A DNA stretch of 53,361 nt, the filler included, from Streblomastix strix (lineage: Eukaryota), in the NCBI GenBank assembly GCA_008636045.1. It is 3 parts of 3 records of this genome, joined end to end, with 100 filler letters (N's around TTAATTAATTAA, not from the genome) between each part and the next. Parts side by side here need not be neighbours in the genome. Positions count along the whole stretch, not along the records: positions 17,844 to 35,564 come from SNRW01000683.1; positions 35,665 to 53,361 come from SNRW01000684.1; 1 more part is not named here. One strand, 5' to 3'. A program made the position numbers and the translations under genes. Under the pieces are notes generated by a model. The model was given only the letters and a program-made list of their open reading frames with translations, did no database searches and was not told the origin of the DNA. Positions 24,401-38,764 of this stretch are shown here, piece after piece; positions within the stretch are counted from its first letter, which is position 1, and every line of letters starts with the position of its first letter.

Positions 24401-27400
24401 AATAAGAAAACAATCAGTCATTTTAATCAAACTCTAAAAATATTAACAATCTTGTGAGCTCTGGATTAATTGGAGGCATAACTTCATAATAGAAAGAGCA
24501 GATTACTAATTAATAATTAAATAGAAAAAATATTTAATAATTTTTTGTCCCTGCCCCATTTTAACCTTCATAATATATATCCATTATTTGGGAATTGCTT
24601 ATTTTGGATTTACTACGATTTATACTTAGAACTGTTAATGATGATAAGTTTACACGATCAATTGGATTTTCATTAAATAAATAATTTGATTATACCAACG
24701 AAATATGGATTTCTAATAACAAGAATATCCATAATTAGAAACCATCAAAGGGACTTGTTAGTTAATAAAATGATTCTTCTTTATCCAACAATTTACAATA
24801 ACAGTAACTGTCATAGATCATCTAAGATGCATAAATAGGAGCAGGGCCTTAACTTGCAGCATTGTAGTCATCAGTGAGAATATTAAACAACATCGCCCAT
24901 TCTCCAATTGATGTAAATAATCTGAATTCAAAAATTGGCATTAAATAACAATAATTGATAATTCAGTATGAGACACTGTAAAATAATTTCATTTCTCATG
25001 CACAAATAGCTAATAGTTAATCGATAAATCAACTTTTAATGTACAAATCTAATAATGAAAGCATTATTATACGTTTATATGGTACCTGCATTGAGAATTT
25101 CTTGAAGACTGCAAATGATATTTCAGAATAAACAAATTTAGGAAATTAAGTTGAATCTCCTTCATCAAAGTCTGGAGCAGAACTTAAATAACTTCATATT
25201 GGATATAAAACTGCAGCACCAGCATAAATTCTGCTTGAACAGATGCTCCAACATACGAACCACACTTCTGCAACACAAAGAAGAGCTTTGGCTGAATCTT
25301 TTTCTTAATCATCTGGTAATCCAATGTTCATTGATACTTGCATTTAAATTTTGTCTACATTACAAAAATAAAATATGACAATAACCAAAAAGGGCCCTCT
25401 AAATTCACAATAAGTATGGCAAGGAAATGGTGTGGTTCCAATTTTGAACTCAATTGAACAAACTGATCAAATACAAAATACTTCAACACAACATAATTAA
25501 TAACAGTCATTATAACTCTTTGTAACTCCATCATCAAACTCTTCATCTCGATAATCTATCTTTGTTTATATAGATATGAATATAAGATGCAGCGTGATGA
25601 TCATACTCTCTGAAATCCTGAAATCAAATTTGACACTTACAAAAACCCTGACATTAATAGAAGAAAATATAATTCCTTTCTTACAAACTCATTTACAGCA
25701 TATTAGTACAATAGAAGAGAAAAGAAGTGCTATTTATCTTATATGTTCAATAGCTGATGTTTTACAGCCGTCAGTTCAAGAAAAAAGACATAATCGAAGC
25801 TCAAAATTATAAGTTGAAATGTCATAAATATTAAAAAAAGAAAATGAAACATAAATTAAATAGAAAAATAATTAACTGATTAATGAAGAGTTGGAAACCG
25901 AATAACAAAATTGTAATGAATAAGCTTTAATTGAAGATAAAATAAAAACCAACATGTTTTAAGTTTAATCATCATCATAATAAAATATATTTATTCCAAA
26001 ATATCAACCATTTATACTCAGTATGCGAGATGAATTAATGCTCACAATTATCCGCTATATAACTTCTGAAGGATCGCAGAATACAATGGAAGATGCAGAA
26101 AAAATCAACAAAGATGATAGTAATAACACTGATTAATTGAGCAGAATATCATAATTTGATGATGAATCTGATAATGCAAGTGTAGAATCTATTCATCTGA
26201 AGCGAAGTGGTATTATTGCATTAAGAAAACTTTCATAACTTCCTCCTTCAGTTTCAAATGAACTTCAAAGTGAAATTTTGATGAAACTTATACCTCAAAC
26301 GCGCTTCGATATTTCATTTCGTTAATAAGTGATTTTAAATAAGTTAATTGATGATATGTAAGAAGATTAGATAATAATATTAGATGAAGAAAGTGTTCTT
26401 GTTAAGAATCTTAATGGAATTTAAGATTAATTCTAAAAGGTTTAAGGAGATATTCCAAACTTTACTGGTCTTATCTCATCTCTTGTTTTAACTTTCTTAT
26501 AAACATCAACCACATCTTTGAATGTTCAATTATCAAAGAATAAAAATAATTAAACATCAACACATCAAAAAGATAATATCAATTCATAAGAAACAAAGAT
26601 TTAATCTGGTAATGATATTGAGATGGATGTCTTTCTACGTCTTTGTGGTATTATTTTGCCATTTACACGCCATTAGCTCGCTTAATTGAGATACAGTGCA
26701 TTAGACATTTACATTACATTGCTTAGAACATTTATTGTATAAACATCTGAAAGGATAAAATCTTTATATCCTCCAAATTAACCTGTTGATAACTTATTAA
26801 ATTTTCGATGTCTTGGAGTAATTATTGCTTTACTTACTCCTAGAATAGTTGATGATTATATTAACATTAGACAATTGGCATGTGATTCTTTGGGGCTTTC
26901 TCTATTTGCTGATTAGATTTTTCATAATGATATTCGTGTTGGTTTTGATAATATTCCATCTTCAGAAATTATTGGAGTTTCCGAATTAAGATCTTTCGTC
27001 TAATTATATCCCGATGGTAATGAAATTGATTGGTGGCGAAAGAGAGAAGTTCCAACTTAACAATACAAATAAAATAATTCAAATAACAGTCATAATAATT
27101 TATTTAATAAATTCTCTTTAAATAATCTAAAGATTAAGAATCAATAACAAATGAGCACAACTTCATAAGCTCCAACACCACCTCCACCAATGGAACATCG
27201 AGACCTAATTTCATCAATATAAATAAATAATGAGTAAATTCCTCAACCCCCTCCTTCATAACCAAATATTATACTAACATCTTTCATTACTTAAAAACTA
27301 TCAAAATATCTCAATACTTATCTGAAATTAGAAGAATTTATTGATACAGTTGCTGCTCTAATTAGATTTGGGTGTTCTGATCCAACACATTAAGGCAAAC

Positions 27401-30400
27401 TTCTTTGTATGAAAATGGCTTATGGATTAATTGTGAGAATTGAACATTCTGGAAGTGGTAAATAAATTATTGATTTGCTTACTAATAACCAAGGTGAAAT
27501 AAGCCTAGTTAACAATTTGAAGAATATTTAGCTTGTTCCTTCTAAACTTATTTCTTCTAAACTTATTCCTTCTGAAGCTGTTCATACCTTAGTTAAATGT
27601 ATAATTGATGCAATAACTCTTGAATCTTCTTAGGCTTTATCATCTTCAACATCTTCTTCATTAGCATAAGAAATTAGAGATAATACACTTCATAGAAGCA
27701 GCTTATCTCAGTTTATTGGAGATAGAAAAAGTGATTCATTAAATTAATTGAATCAATAACCTACTCCACTTCTCTTGAAAACTTCATCATTTGGTGTTTC
27801 ATACAAAATTATTTAAAATAATACAAAGTAAGAAGAAGTTGATCATTCTTGGATTGTAACAGATTCTGCAATCATAGGAGGTTATTCTAACCACATTATT
27901 CCACTTCCTTCTTATCCTCAAAAACAACTTCCTTATAATGTTTAGAGAGCTGTGCTTATGTGCATATAAGCGCTATCAGTTAATCATTCATAAAATGTAT
28001 TCAATTAACTATTGGAGTTGACATAAGAAAGAAGGAATTAAGCAAATTTAGCATTCTAACAAATTGTGTGTGAGGTTTAGGATAATTCATCTTTATAACA
28101 ATCTATAAATGATATAGATTTAATTTAATAGATTGTATTTTCAATTCGCACTAATTGTGCACATAATTTGATGAAGTTTCTTTTGAATATTATAAATGGC
28201 CCAAATTAATATGAAATTAAATAAACGCGTGAGAAGGAGATATACAAACCATTATCTAAACCTCATGCTGCTGTATAAGCTCTTAATTCTATATTTAAAA
28301 TGCCACATAGAAAACTTAAATAGCAATCTTAAGAAGTTTAAAATAGAGAGAAATAACATAAAAGCATAGAAATAATGAGGAATGATTTAGACCATTCATT
28401 AAGTATATATGATGTTAAGTTTGAATAAAAGATACTTAAATAAGATGATATCGAAGATTGTATAGCGAGTATCGATTCAATGAAAAGTGAAATAAGTGAA
28501 AATTATTAATCATCCAACAATCTTCATCTGAATGATTCATCTCCTTCATTCATTAAAATGTATATTCCTGCTGTTGCAACAACTCTTCTTGCACATATTG
28601 GAGTTCTTCATGTATGTGATAATGAAGTAGACAAAAATTCATTTAATGGGGGAATTAATGAACATTTAATGTTTGTCTGCGATGCCCTAAAGAATATTTT
28701 TTAGTATATTGGACTTATTAATATTAAAACAAAGATTCTATATCCAATTACATACAAATGTGATTCTCCATTGCATCTCACAGCTATTGATTAAGAAACA
28801 GTCAATGAAGGCGTAGTTGCTGATTATTATGAATCACTTATGGACAGTGATCGTAGTGAAGCACAGAAACAGTTGATTTTCTCAAGTCAGGCTCTGAGTG
28901 CAGCACAATCTGGAGTTGCTCTTTTTAAAGACAAGAAATAAGCGTAGAAAGAAGAAATTATAGCACATGAGTAGGAATAGAAAGCTATTGATGAAATTAA
29001 GAGATTGGGAATTCCACCTATTAATTTGTGGAATGCAGTCTCAGATAAGAAGCATTTTGCTTCGTTTGTTTTTGCTTGTGGCCATAAAATAGCTTCTTGG
29101 TGGATGTATAATGAAACACATTCAAATAAAAAAATGAATGAATCATATTAAGATAATGAGGAAGAAAAGAATAAGGATATTGAAACATAATAATTAGATG
29201 ATAATGAGAGTTATTTTGATGAAAACATTAAAGCAAATATTATAAATCTGTTAGATTAATAGTCTTTAGATAAAAGTATAGATTAAGGAATTATTGAAGA
29301 ATATGTTAATGCTGCAATAACTTAATCCAATTCACCTTTTGTGACTCAACGTTTGGGTGCAGTCAGTTTACTCACTGCAGCTTCATCCCTTATTAATTTG
29401 AATGTAAGCCAACAACAATATTATTAGATGAATAATTAATTAGACATTAATGCCAAATAAAATCTTTTGATTTATCGAATTGGAAGTACGCTTATATAGC
29501 GTGCAACAGATGTTGATTCAAATGTTCGTGATTCTGCTTTTGCTGGGATTTCAATTCTGGCAAGGTAAATTTATTTGGTTAATTAAAATCCCGATTAGAA
29601 CATTTAAAATGATAAATAACAATCTGATGAATAATTTTTAAACTAATAAATTATAGAAAATAAATAAATATAAACAAATAATGAAGAATTGATCAAGTCT
29701 TTGCTTTCTACGGTTCTTAAATGCATAATTCACCCAGAATAAAGTCTTATTCAACGATCTGCTGTACAATCTGCATCAAGACTTGTGATTCTTGCAAAAT
29801 AGAAATAATTAGATACAAACAATGATTTAGACGAATTTATTAGTACTGGATATAAAGCAGCTCATATCTTATTGACATCATGGAAAGGCGAATCAGCACT
29901 TCGCATTGGTGGATGCTCACTTTTATATTCTCTCACTCAAAGTCAAACTAAAACAAATAATATAGAAAGTTTAAAACAGATTTAGCCAATTGTGCCTCTC
30001 GTTTGCATACTCTTAGCTGATACTGATCGTATTGTTAGATAAGGATCATATTTTTACTTTAGAAAAATATTATTACCTTTACTTATCACAACAAGAATTC
30101 AACATTAATAACCCTCTGAATTTAATCCTTGTTTGTCAACATAATTTCAATCTGATTTACATCTAGCATCAAATGATACAAAAATCGTAGCAGATGGATT
30201 GTACAACACCGTTGCATAATAGTTCTCAAAAGATATTCCTGATCTTATGGTGTAGGTATTCATTCCAACTCTGACTTACATTTTGGGAAAGAATTCATCT
30301 ACTCAGATTCAATCACAACCTTCTGAGCTTTATTATTCACCAACATTACAACCTTCATCAAATGTTAAGATCGCCTCTTGTCTCTTTCTTGGAAATTTCC

Positions 30401-30732
30401 TTCGAGAAGTTCCCAATGAATTGAAAGGATCAACAGCTGCACATAGACACATTTCTCGTCATTCATCACCTAATCCAATATAAAATCAAACCTCGGGATT
30501 AAAATAAAATATTTAGGACAATAATTTATTAGGAAATGCCATAGTCAGTAATGCTGAGATGCCTGACGATGGACTCGAAGCTGATGTGTTATAACGCCAA
30601 GCTTCTCTTGAACACCAGCGCAGGCAACTGCTGATGAATGCAATACGTGCTATAATTGGGCTGCTCAATGATGACAGCAAGAATGTCAAAGCAAGCGCTT
30701 CACGAGCATTGGGCTGGCTATGGGATTTTTGA
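21415..30732 (+). CDS. Very large HEAT-repeat protein, maestro/MROH-like (about 3,105 aa), single coding exon
   Basis: The same frame runs from ATG 21415 to TGA 30730 and includes track ORFs 22174, 25576 and 30283. The N-terminus (LISTAGDVEDVVRQSVKLSLNSIGRHTPQQV) and C-terminus (IIGLLNDDSKNVKASASRALGWL) resemble MROH1 termini. The family call is by recognition, not a search. Confidence 0.8.
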
Positions 30733-31064
30733 GACTGTAGTCTGCAAATATATTAATATTTCTTTATTTTTTAAAAAACCAGTTAATATGTAGATAATAT
30801 AAATAAAAATATGAATCCTCAAAATTTAAAAAATAAGCTTAAATTATATTAGAATAAATAAAAAGAATTATTAATAATAAAGTATAATAAAACTAATAAT
30901 AAAATCAATATGTAAATCAAAAGATGTAGCGAATCGATTCTATTTTTAATTTCATTTTATGTACATTGAATAGTTAAAAGTAAAATTATTACTAAAATAT
31001 ATTTTTTTATTTGTGTAATTAGATAACACTATGGTGAAGTGTTGCAACTCCCTCAGCTTAACTT

Positions 31065-34000
31065 TCAGAATTCAATGCTACCCCTCTCTAGCATCAGCTG
31101 CATCAATTTATGGAACGTTTATCTGAACTCCACATCTTAGTTTTCTAAATCTTCATCTTCGTTTCGTCCAGTAAAAAGAATCACACTTGTGTTCCAATCT
31201 AGTTTTATTTTCCAATCTTTCAATCCTTATCTACATTCTGCTGTTGTACTCTCAATTTACTAATATAAGTCTTTGATCTCTACATGCTTCCTTTTTAGAG
31301 CAAGTTTGTTTTCCTCAGCCTAATATTACTCTTCAGCTTCTAAAGCCTCATCTGCTTATTTTTCACTGGGTGTTAATTCCCTTTAAATTAATCTATTTCT
31401 TTTTTTTCTATCTTCTTCTTTTTGCCTAAGTTACACTTAATAATTATCAAATTCAACAAGCTAGTTCTCCGCTTATAATATTTTTCGTTGAAATGAGGTC
31501 TATAAAGTCCTTCTTACCACCAACATAGAAGCTAAATCAGTCCGTGCATCAATAACTGGCATAAGGCGACGTATTTCATTGCTTAACACACGATATGCAG
31601 AGAGTGTTGGAGAATGAAGATGCGAAGATGAATCTGCGTTGACTACAGTTAATTATTAATTGCTTATTGGTACAAGTGTTGAAACATCACCATCAATGAA
31701 ATATGGTTGGAAAATAAGCCGATTTGCTTAAGGTACAAATAAAACAGTCCAAAAGGCCCTTAGCTTATCTTGGGCGTCCATATAAGCTTTTTGTAGAGAT
31801 GGTGCAACAAAGAGTGAAATGTCAACAGAATTTGAGTTCCCAGAAGATTTTCCTGTATTATTCAAATTAATTTCAATTTATCTTTTCTTCTTTAATTCTT
31901 CAATCTCCTCTTTTTCAACTTCCGATAAAAGTTAATCAAATTCAGGAAGCTCAATTTAGAATTTCAACATAACATCTTCATTTGGATATAAACCAGGTAT
32001 TCCTTCAGGACCAACATAGTTAACTCCAAAGACTGGTCCAGATGAATTTGGCCGAATTGGTGAATTAGATGATGTATTCATTTATGGAAGAATAATCTTG
32101 TCATTTTTATTGTTATTGTTATTCGCTTGTTATTAAGATGTACCATTATACGTTTTAACACTTACAACTGCATTACTTGGTCCAGGTTAAAATATTGGAG
32201 GAAGGTATGATTCATTCTTTTAAGGAGGAGAATTTTGATTTAACCATTGAGGTTATTGAGAAGGATATTAATCATCATCCCAAGCTTATCTTTAATATCC
32301 TTTTCCTTTAACTTATCTTCTTTATCCTGATTATCTTCCATATCCATCATAATAATCTGATTAATATTTATCATCACGAACTGGGTAACTATATTAATTT
32401 GATGGAGATTACCTTCTCATATAATCTTCTTTTCTTTTTCTTATACGATCATCATCATAATAATTTCTATCTCTACTTCCTACTGATTAATTTGGAGATT
32501 TATTCCTTCTACTTGCACTAGAAGATTTTGGTGGACTTCTACTCTTAGATTTTGGAGATTCGTATATTGGAGCTGTTTATATCATATCTCTTTGTTGAAC
32601 TTATGCACTTTTAGTCCTTGATGGAGAAGGAGATGTTTGTGAAAGAGGTGTATTTGGGAAGTCAGGTAAATGTTACTTTGCAGTTGCTGTTCGATACTCT
32701 TTAATACCCAAACTTGATTGTTGCATTTCTCTCAATCTTTCTTCCTGAGCTGCGAGATCAGCTTTGGCCTTTTCAACTTATATCTTCTCTTCTCTTAATT
32801 TGCGTCTCTATATCATAATCTCCTTCAATTTCTCATCCATTTGTCCTGATGGTCCCATATTTCTTTCAATCACTCGTTAGTTCTCTTCATTGTCAACATA
32901 ATCACAATTATCATCAAGTATTGCATTGTATGGATTCATTGGATTGACCCCTTAAATAATGTTTATAATAATTTAATAAAATTTAAATATTATTTTCTTA
33001 ATTAATAAATTATTATAAATATTAACTGTTATAAAAATGAATTGATAGCAAACCTTTTGGAGTTGTCCTTCCATACCATTTCATCTCTTTCTAAACAATC
33101 TTCTCTCTTTTCTTTCTTTCTTCTTCTTCTTATTTCTATTTGGCTGTTTTCTTTTTAGTTGGTTTTTTCTTTTCAATGGATTCTTACCCTCCAGGTAATT
33201 ATTGATCACCATTTGGAGTTGTGAGGAGATTTCTCATATCTTTTTCTTATTAATTATCCTTTTTATCAGATTTTTTACTTTTACTTTCCTTTGTTTGTTT
33301 GTTTATTGGAGCTTTATTCTATTTTTAATTATCAACACTGTTATCCAGAGGTTTTTAAGATAAGTATTCATTAATCTTTTATTCTTCTTATTTTTAATTT
33401 AATTCCTTCTTTCCTTCTTCTATTTTCACAATATCTTTCTATTAAGGTTATTATTTCTATTATTCATTAATTTTTATATCTTATTCATTATTCATTCTTT
33501 ATTTCTCTCCATCTTAAGTTAGTTTATACAAAAGAAGCAAATCTAATATTCCAATATTTTCTGCTTTTATTATACTTTAGTTATCATATAGAATCTTTTC
33601 AAAAGGAATTTGCATTCTAACTTCATTATTTAGGAAGGGAAGAAACTGTACAAATTATATTATTTAGTGATAATATAAACATGAATTTGATAAATAATAA
33701 TAATTTAAATTTTTAAATTAAATAGTAAATATTACTCAAACAGGAAGTGCCATCTGCCCCAATAATATTTCCTATTCCTTTTCTCTTCCTGAATCCTAAG
33801 GAGAATCAGCCCATAATTCTACAAGACACAAACGATCATGTTATTTTTTAGGATCAAACTCAAATTCAAAGACTGAGTTAATATATTATAAAATAAATTA
33901 TATAAATAATGTGTTCAAAATAAATAAAAATAAAAAAATGACATAAAATTAGAACAATAAATAAAAATGATAAAATTATTAATTCTACAAATATTATGAA

Positions 34001-35564
34001 ACCTTCATCAATGTGTATATTATTCGCATCTGATATACGTTTTGTATTTCCTTCAGTATCCTCCAAAACAACTTTCACAAATAAAGAAGCTTTACTATTT
34101 AATTCTTTCTGTATATCACTTAAAGAATCTCCAAATTCTAATAAACTTATTGGAGTTATAATAACAAATCCTGGATAATATATGTCTAATTAAGATGATT
34201 TATTATTTAGTTGTTATTAGTATTACTAAGGAATATAAGATCTGAGTGGTGGATATGTAGGTGGATTTGCAAACCAAGGTTTCATTTGTGATTGAAGTGG
34301 TTTTTGTTCAAATTCTCGAACATTTGATTATGAATTCTATTATTCGGTTTGTGGTATTAATGAAGATTATTTTTATTAATCAGCTGTTGTTGATGGTTAA
34401 TTTTACAATTATTATTATTTTGGATTTAAATTATTTTCTTATTCAGTTTATTTATTTAATTAATCAAAATTATCCTCTCTTTCTGTGAATTAGGTTTAAT
34501 CTCCCCTTGATTCATATATTTATTATGGAATTTCTTATTATGGTTAATCTTAATAATCCTCGTTTGAAAACTATTTAAATTTTTCTTTATATCTCTAGTC
34601 AAGCTATTTTCTTTATTTTTCCATTTATTTAATATATTCATCTTTTCCTCCTTCTCCTACAACTGAGGTATAATTAAGATCATAATACATTTCATCATCA
34701 AGGATTTATTCATTCTCTTTTTCAATTTTTTATGCAATTTCATCATAAGTTGTGCTTTTGAAATCTTTGTCATAATAAAGTGAATCTTTTTACCCCTATT
34801 AATCAATAAATGGAGGTTCAGGATGAGTAACAATATAGTCTCTAATTATTTCATAGCATGCAAAAATTATTATAAAATAATAATAATAATAATAAGCAAA
34901 TGATAATAAATTCATATTCATTCATACTTAGCTTTATCATCTAATAAAAGTTAATCCATTTCAACAGAAAATTAAAAATTATCTTCTCTTTTCTTCTCTT
35001 AGTAGTTTTCTCCTTCTGTAAAAAGAACAGTTGTATCTGCATTATTTTCATCAAATTTGCTTTAGTAATTCTATAAAAATATGAAAAATATGAATAAGAA
35101 GAGTAATAAATACTTCATTCATTAATTAAATGCTATTTATACCGTGTCATAATAAGGTTAGTCTTTAATTTACACTCCATTCTCATCATCATACCCATCA
35201 GTATACTAATAATTGCTAATATATTACTTATCATAGAATTATTTATCTGTTTTTTATCCATCTTATGGGTCACTTAAAGATTCAGCCCAACGATCCCATT
35301 CAAATTTTTCATCTTCATTAATAAAATTCTATAAATCTTTTTTATTTGGTCTCCTTCCTGCAGCTTTTGTTTTTATTTCTTCTGTTGGATAATCATTTGA
35401 AATACTACTGTTCAAAGAATCATTATCATATTGATCATTTTAAATTGTTTCTCCTTCTGGAATATAGCTGATTTCAAAATCTCCTGTTCCAGCATTCTAT
35501 CCATAATTCTTATTTATTCCAGAAAAATCTATACTTCTTTTTTCTTTCTTTCCTTTGAAATCTG
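31065..35564 (-). CDS. Multi-exon C2-domain-containing protein with Q/P-rich and coiled-coil regions, 5'-partial
   Basis: Exons near 34180-33530 read PGFVIITPISLLEF...SLFVKVVLED...FEFEFDPKKQHDRLCLVELWAD...ENIIG...FLPFL...IGILDLLL, a C2-like beta-sandwich pattern. The long last exon ends ...LMLERGSIEF-TGA at 31065. Confidence 0.7.
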
Positions 35565-35664
35565 NNNNNNNNNNNNNNNNNNNNNNNNNNNNNNNNNNNN
35601 NNNNNNNNTTAATTAATTAANNNNNNNNNNNNNNNNNNNNNNNNNNNNNNNNNNNNNNNNNNNN
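35565..35664. other. Artificial contig-joining spacer (Ns plus TTAATTAATTAA)
   Basis: Same 100-nt design as the first spacer, with the linker at 35609-35620. Confidence 0.95.
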
Positions 35665-35714
35665 TAGAAAAAAAATGAAAACTTAATCACATTACAATTT
35701 ATAATATCTAAACC

Positions 35715-35996
35715 AGACTATATTAATATTTGGAAACTTTAATGTATCTGACAAACAAAACTGCATTATAATATATCCATTATACCCCCACGAGACAATA
35801 CTTCTAGTTCGTATAGAAAATATTGAATTTTTATTTAAAAAAAATATATAGAATTTGAAATTATATATACTTTCTATATAAGACTATAATAATGTAATAA
35901 TAGCTCAACAAATCTTACGAATATTACTGCTATTTATTGTATCATATATGTCCCACGAGACCATACTTTATGTTTGTATTGAAAATATTGAATTTT
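35715..35996. repeat. Two-copy imperfect direct repeat, period about 165 bp
   Basis: cccacgagacaatactt...gaaaatattgaatttt at 35787 recurs as cccacgagaccatactt...gaaaatattgaatttt at 35952. agactata occurs at 35715 and 35881. Confidence 0.7.
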
Positions 35997-36099
35997 AAAA
36001 ATTAGTTCAATTAGTTCTGATTTATTTGATATATTGTGTCTAAATCAGTTTGATTATGAATAAGATTGACCATTAGGATAATATAAAGTAGAAATAATT

Positions 36100-36456
36100 A
36101 TAAATAAAAATCTGAAATAAGGCACAAATTTATGCATATTATATCAACTGTATTAATTATTTATATTATTATTGAAAAATGTATCTATAATTAACATCAT
36201 GTGAGATATACTTATCGTCGTGCTCAAATGTTTATTACATGGCACAGAAAATGGAATTTAAAATTGATGGGAATATGCCCATATCGTCAAGCTTCAACAA
36301 TGTTCCGACTAAATCCGCAGCATATGTGGCAAATTAGTGTATATATGCACTTGTACGTGCACGCACTCGTGGCTCTAATATTCATTATTCCACATAGATA
36401 CTATAACGGCTGGGATTTTTTGCGCAAACACAAAACTTCCCCGAATCGATCTACAT
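36100..36456 (-). CDS. Possible exon of a hypothetical gene (with one in-frame TGA)
   Basis: Higher-GC island reading MQIDSGKFCVCAKNPSRYSIYVEQ(TGA)ILEPRVRARTSAYIHQFATYAADLVGTLLKLDDMGIFPSILNSIF. Frame choice and boundaries are uncertain. Confidence 0.3.
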
Positions 36457-37876
36457 ATACACCAAAACAATATGAAAAATGCTAAAAATACGCTTGTAAA
36501 ATTACACTCTTTAATTTTAATATATTAATATCAGTCAACCCAACTAAATCCTACTAAAATATCATAAGTTAATTTAAATTAGCTTGTTTTGTCACTTGTC
36601 TTGATTATATTATTTTATATTTAGATATTTTTTATTATTACATGGTTTCTCGATGTTATATCGATAATATTACAATTTTTATTCTATTATTTTTCACTTA
36701 TACTTAATTATCTTTATTTAAAAACATCTTTTATCCAAATTATATGTAATACAACGCATTATTCTTACCTTCTTTTAAATCAATTTTAAAATAATTATTT
36801 AAATAAACTAGAAACATTGCAATAATACATAGATAAGAGTAGGTCCTTATAATTTATATAGTTTTATCCTATGTAACGAACCCGAAGCACTACGCATTCA
36901 TGAAATTTATATTATCTGCTATCAATTATTAAAATATTTATATCTTTATGTTTACAAATTCTCTCTTATAATTATTTAGTACAAACTAACCTCGAAAGAT
37001 GGAATAAAGCCAAATTGTACATAGTATATTTTATATTCATAATAAAAAACCGAAGTTATCAGAAGACGACGAGTTGTCTGATGAAGATACTCATATATTT
37101 TTTTTTGTTCACTTTGATTTCTCGTTCATTTATTTTTTTCCCCTCTACTCTTTATATTTTACCAATCCAATAAAAAGATATTTAAATGTATAACATTATG
37201 GATATATAAACCATTATGAAGTCATAATTTTATTTAAATTTTAAAGTAATCATTAATTTATAATAGGGCATTATTGTATTTGTTAAATTTTTTTTTTTTA
37301 GTTTTTTTTTAGTTATTTTATTTATTTTTTTGAAATTAAAATGAATATTTTATTCTTTTAATTTCCAACATTTCAATTATGAAAATATTCTGTTCTGATT
37401 AGTTATTAACTTGTTAGTTGAATGATTGTACAAATTACGCATATTAATAATGACACATTCAGGTTGTATAATGAAAGATATTATATGTTATGCTAGATTA
37501 TGAGAATAATGTATTTATTATTTCATTTTACAACCTTAGTAAATCATTATATTGATTCAGCTATATATAGTGTTACTAATATTTTAAAGATTTATAATAT
37601 AACTATATACAACAAAACACTTATCATAATTTAAATCTTTATTTACTTTTTTTTTTGTTGGAATATGGTAAACTATTAATAAAATATAAACCGAAGAAGT
37701 TTTCAAACTAAAAAAAAATAAATAAATAAAAATGAATAAAATAAAAATGAAAATTAAGCCGAAAAAAATAAATATATAAAAATTTAGAATAGATAATTCT
37801 AACAAAATAAACAATGAAATTTTTTTTCCAAATTTCAACTCTGCTAAGCCAAGTTCAGATCCGGTAATAAAGATAT

Positions 37877-38764
37877 TCATTGATTCCCATCATCGTGTTT
37901 TGTTTACTAAACGGACTATGATTTGTGAAAAGTAAGAGCGTCTTAGATACTTGGTATCCATAATTGTTTTTTCTAAATTGTGATGAATCTATCCTTCAAT
38001 TGTGACGCAGTTTTTTCAATGTTAACATTCTATAATATTAATTTATATTAAAATAATTAGTAAAAAAAGATAAATAAAAACCAAGCTATTTACTCATACT
38101 GCTTTGTCTTTTGCCATTTCGGACCATTTTGTTCCATGAAGTTCTATACCTCTAATTAGTGCTTATGTCTCAATTTCTGTCCATTTCTAAATAAAAAAGA
38201 TAGATTAAAATATCTATTATATTTACATCATACTTTTCTATGCTTTGTGAGATCGTGAATAGTTGGTACTTCCGGCTCCTATAAGTTTTGTTGATTTTTT
38301 TCGTCATCTTCAAGATCTATAATATCATGTATGTCATTTTTCTAAGTGCTTTATATCTATTTTGACCTTTCTTATTATTGTACGTCGTTGCTACTCTAAG
38401 AGAATGGAATTACAGACTTAAGCTTCATATCTATGAGTGATAAATGAGAGCTGCTTGTTTCTGAACGACTGTTATCTTCTGACAATACACTTGGTTAGTT
38501 TTGAAGTATTTGTGCTGTTATTACGTGTTCGTTATTTTAGATCTTTTATTTTTTGATAACTATCTATGAAGTTTTATCATACGGCTATAATTAATACAAG
38601 ATATTTAAAGAATATATTTATAAATATTTATATTAACTAATAATAAATAATACTACAAGATTCACGAGAAATTTACGTCCGAATTGATCATACTCCAAAT
38701 TTTACCTTATCTCTTTTTGGTCTTATAAGTCCATATTGTCATCATCAGTCTGGGGTGTATCCAT
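37877..38764 (-). CDS. Four-exon single Myb/SANT-domain protein, telobox (TRF-like) type
   Basis: Starts MDTPQTDDDN. The spliced C-terminal domain is HRK|KWTEIETQALIRGIELHGTKWSEMAKDKA|NVNIEKTASQLKDRFITI, and the gene ends DDGNQ-TGA. Confidence 0.85.
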
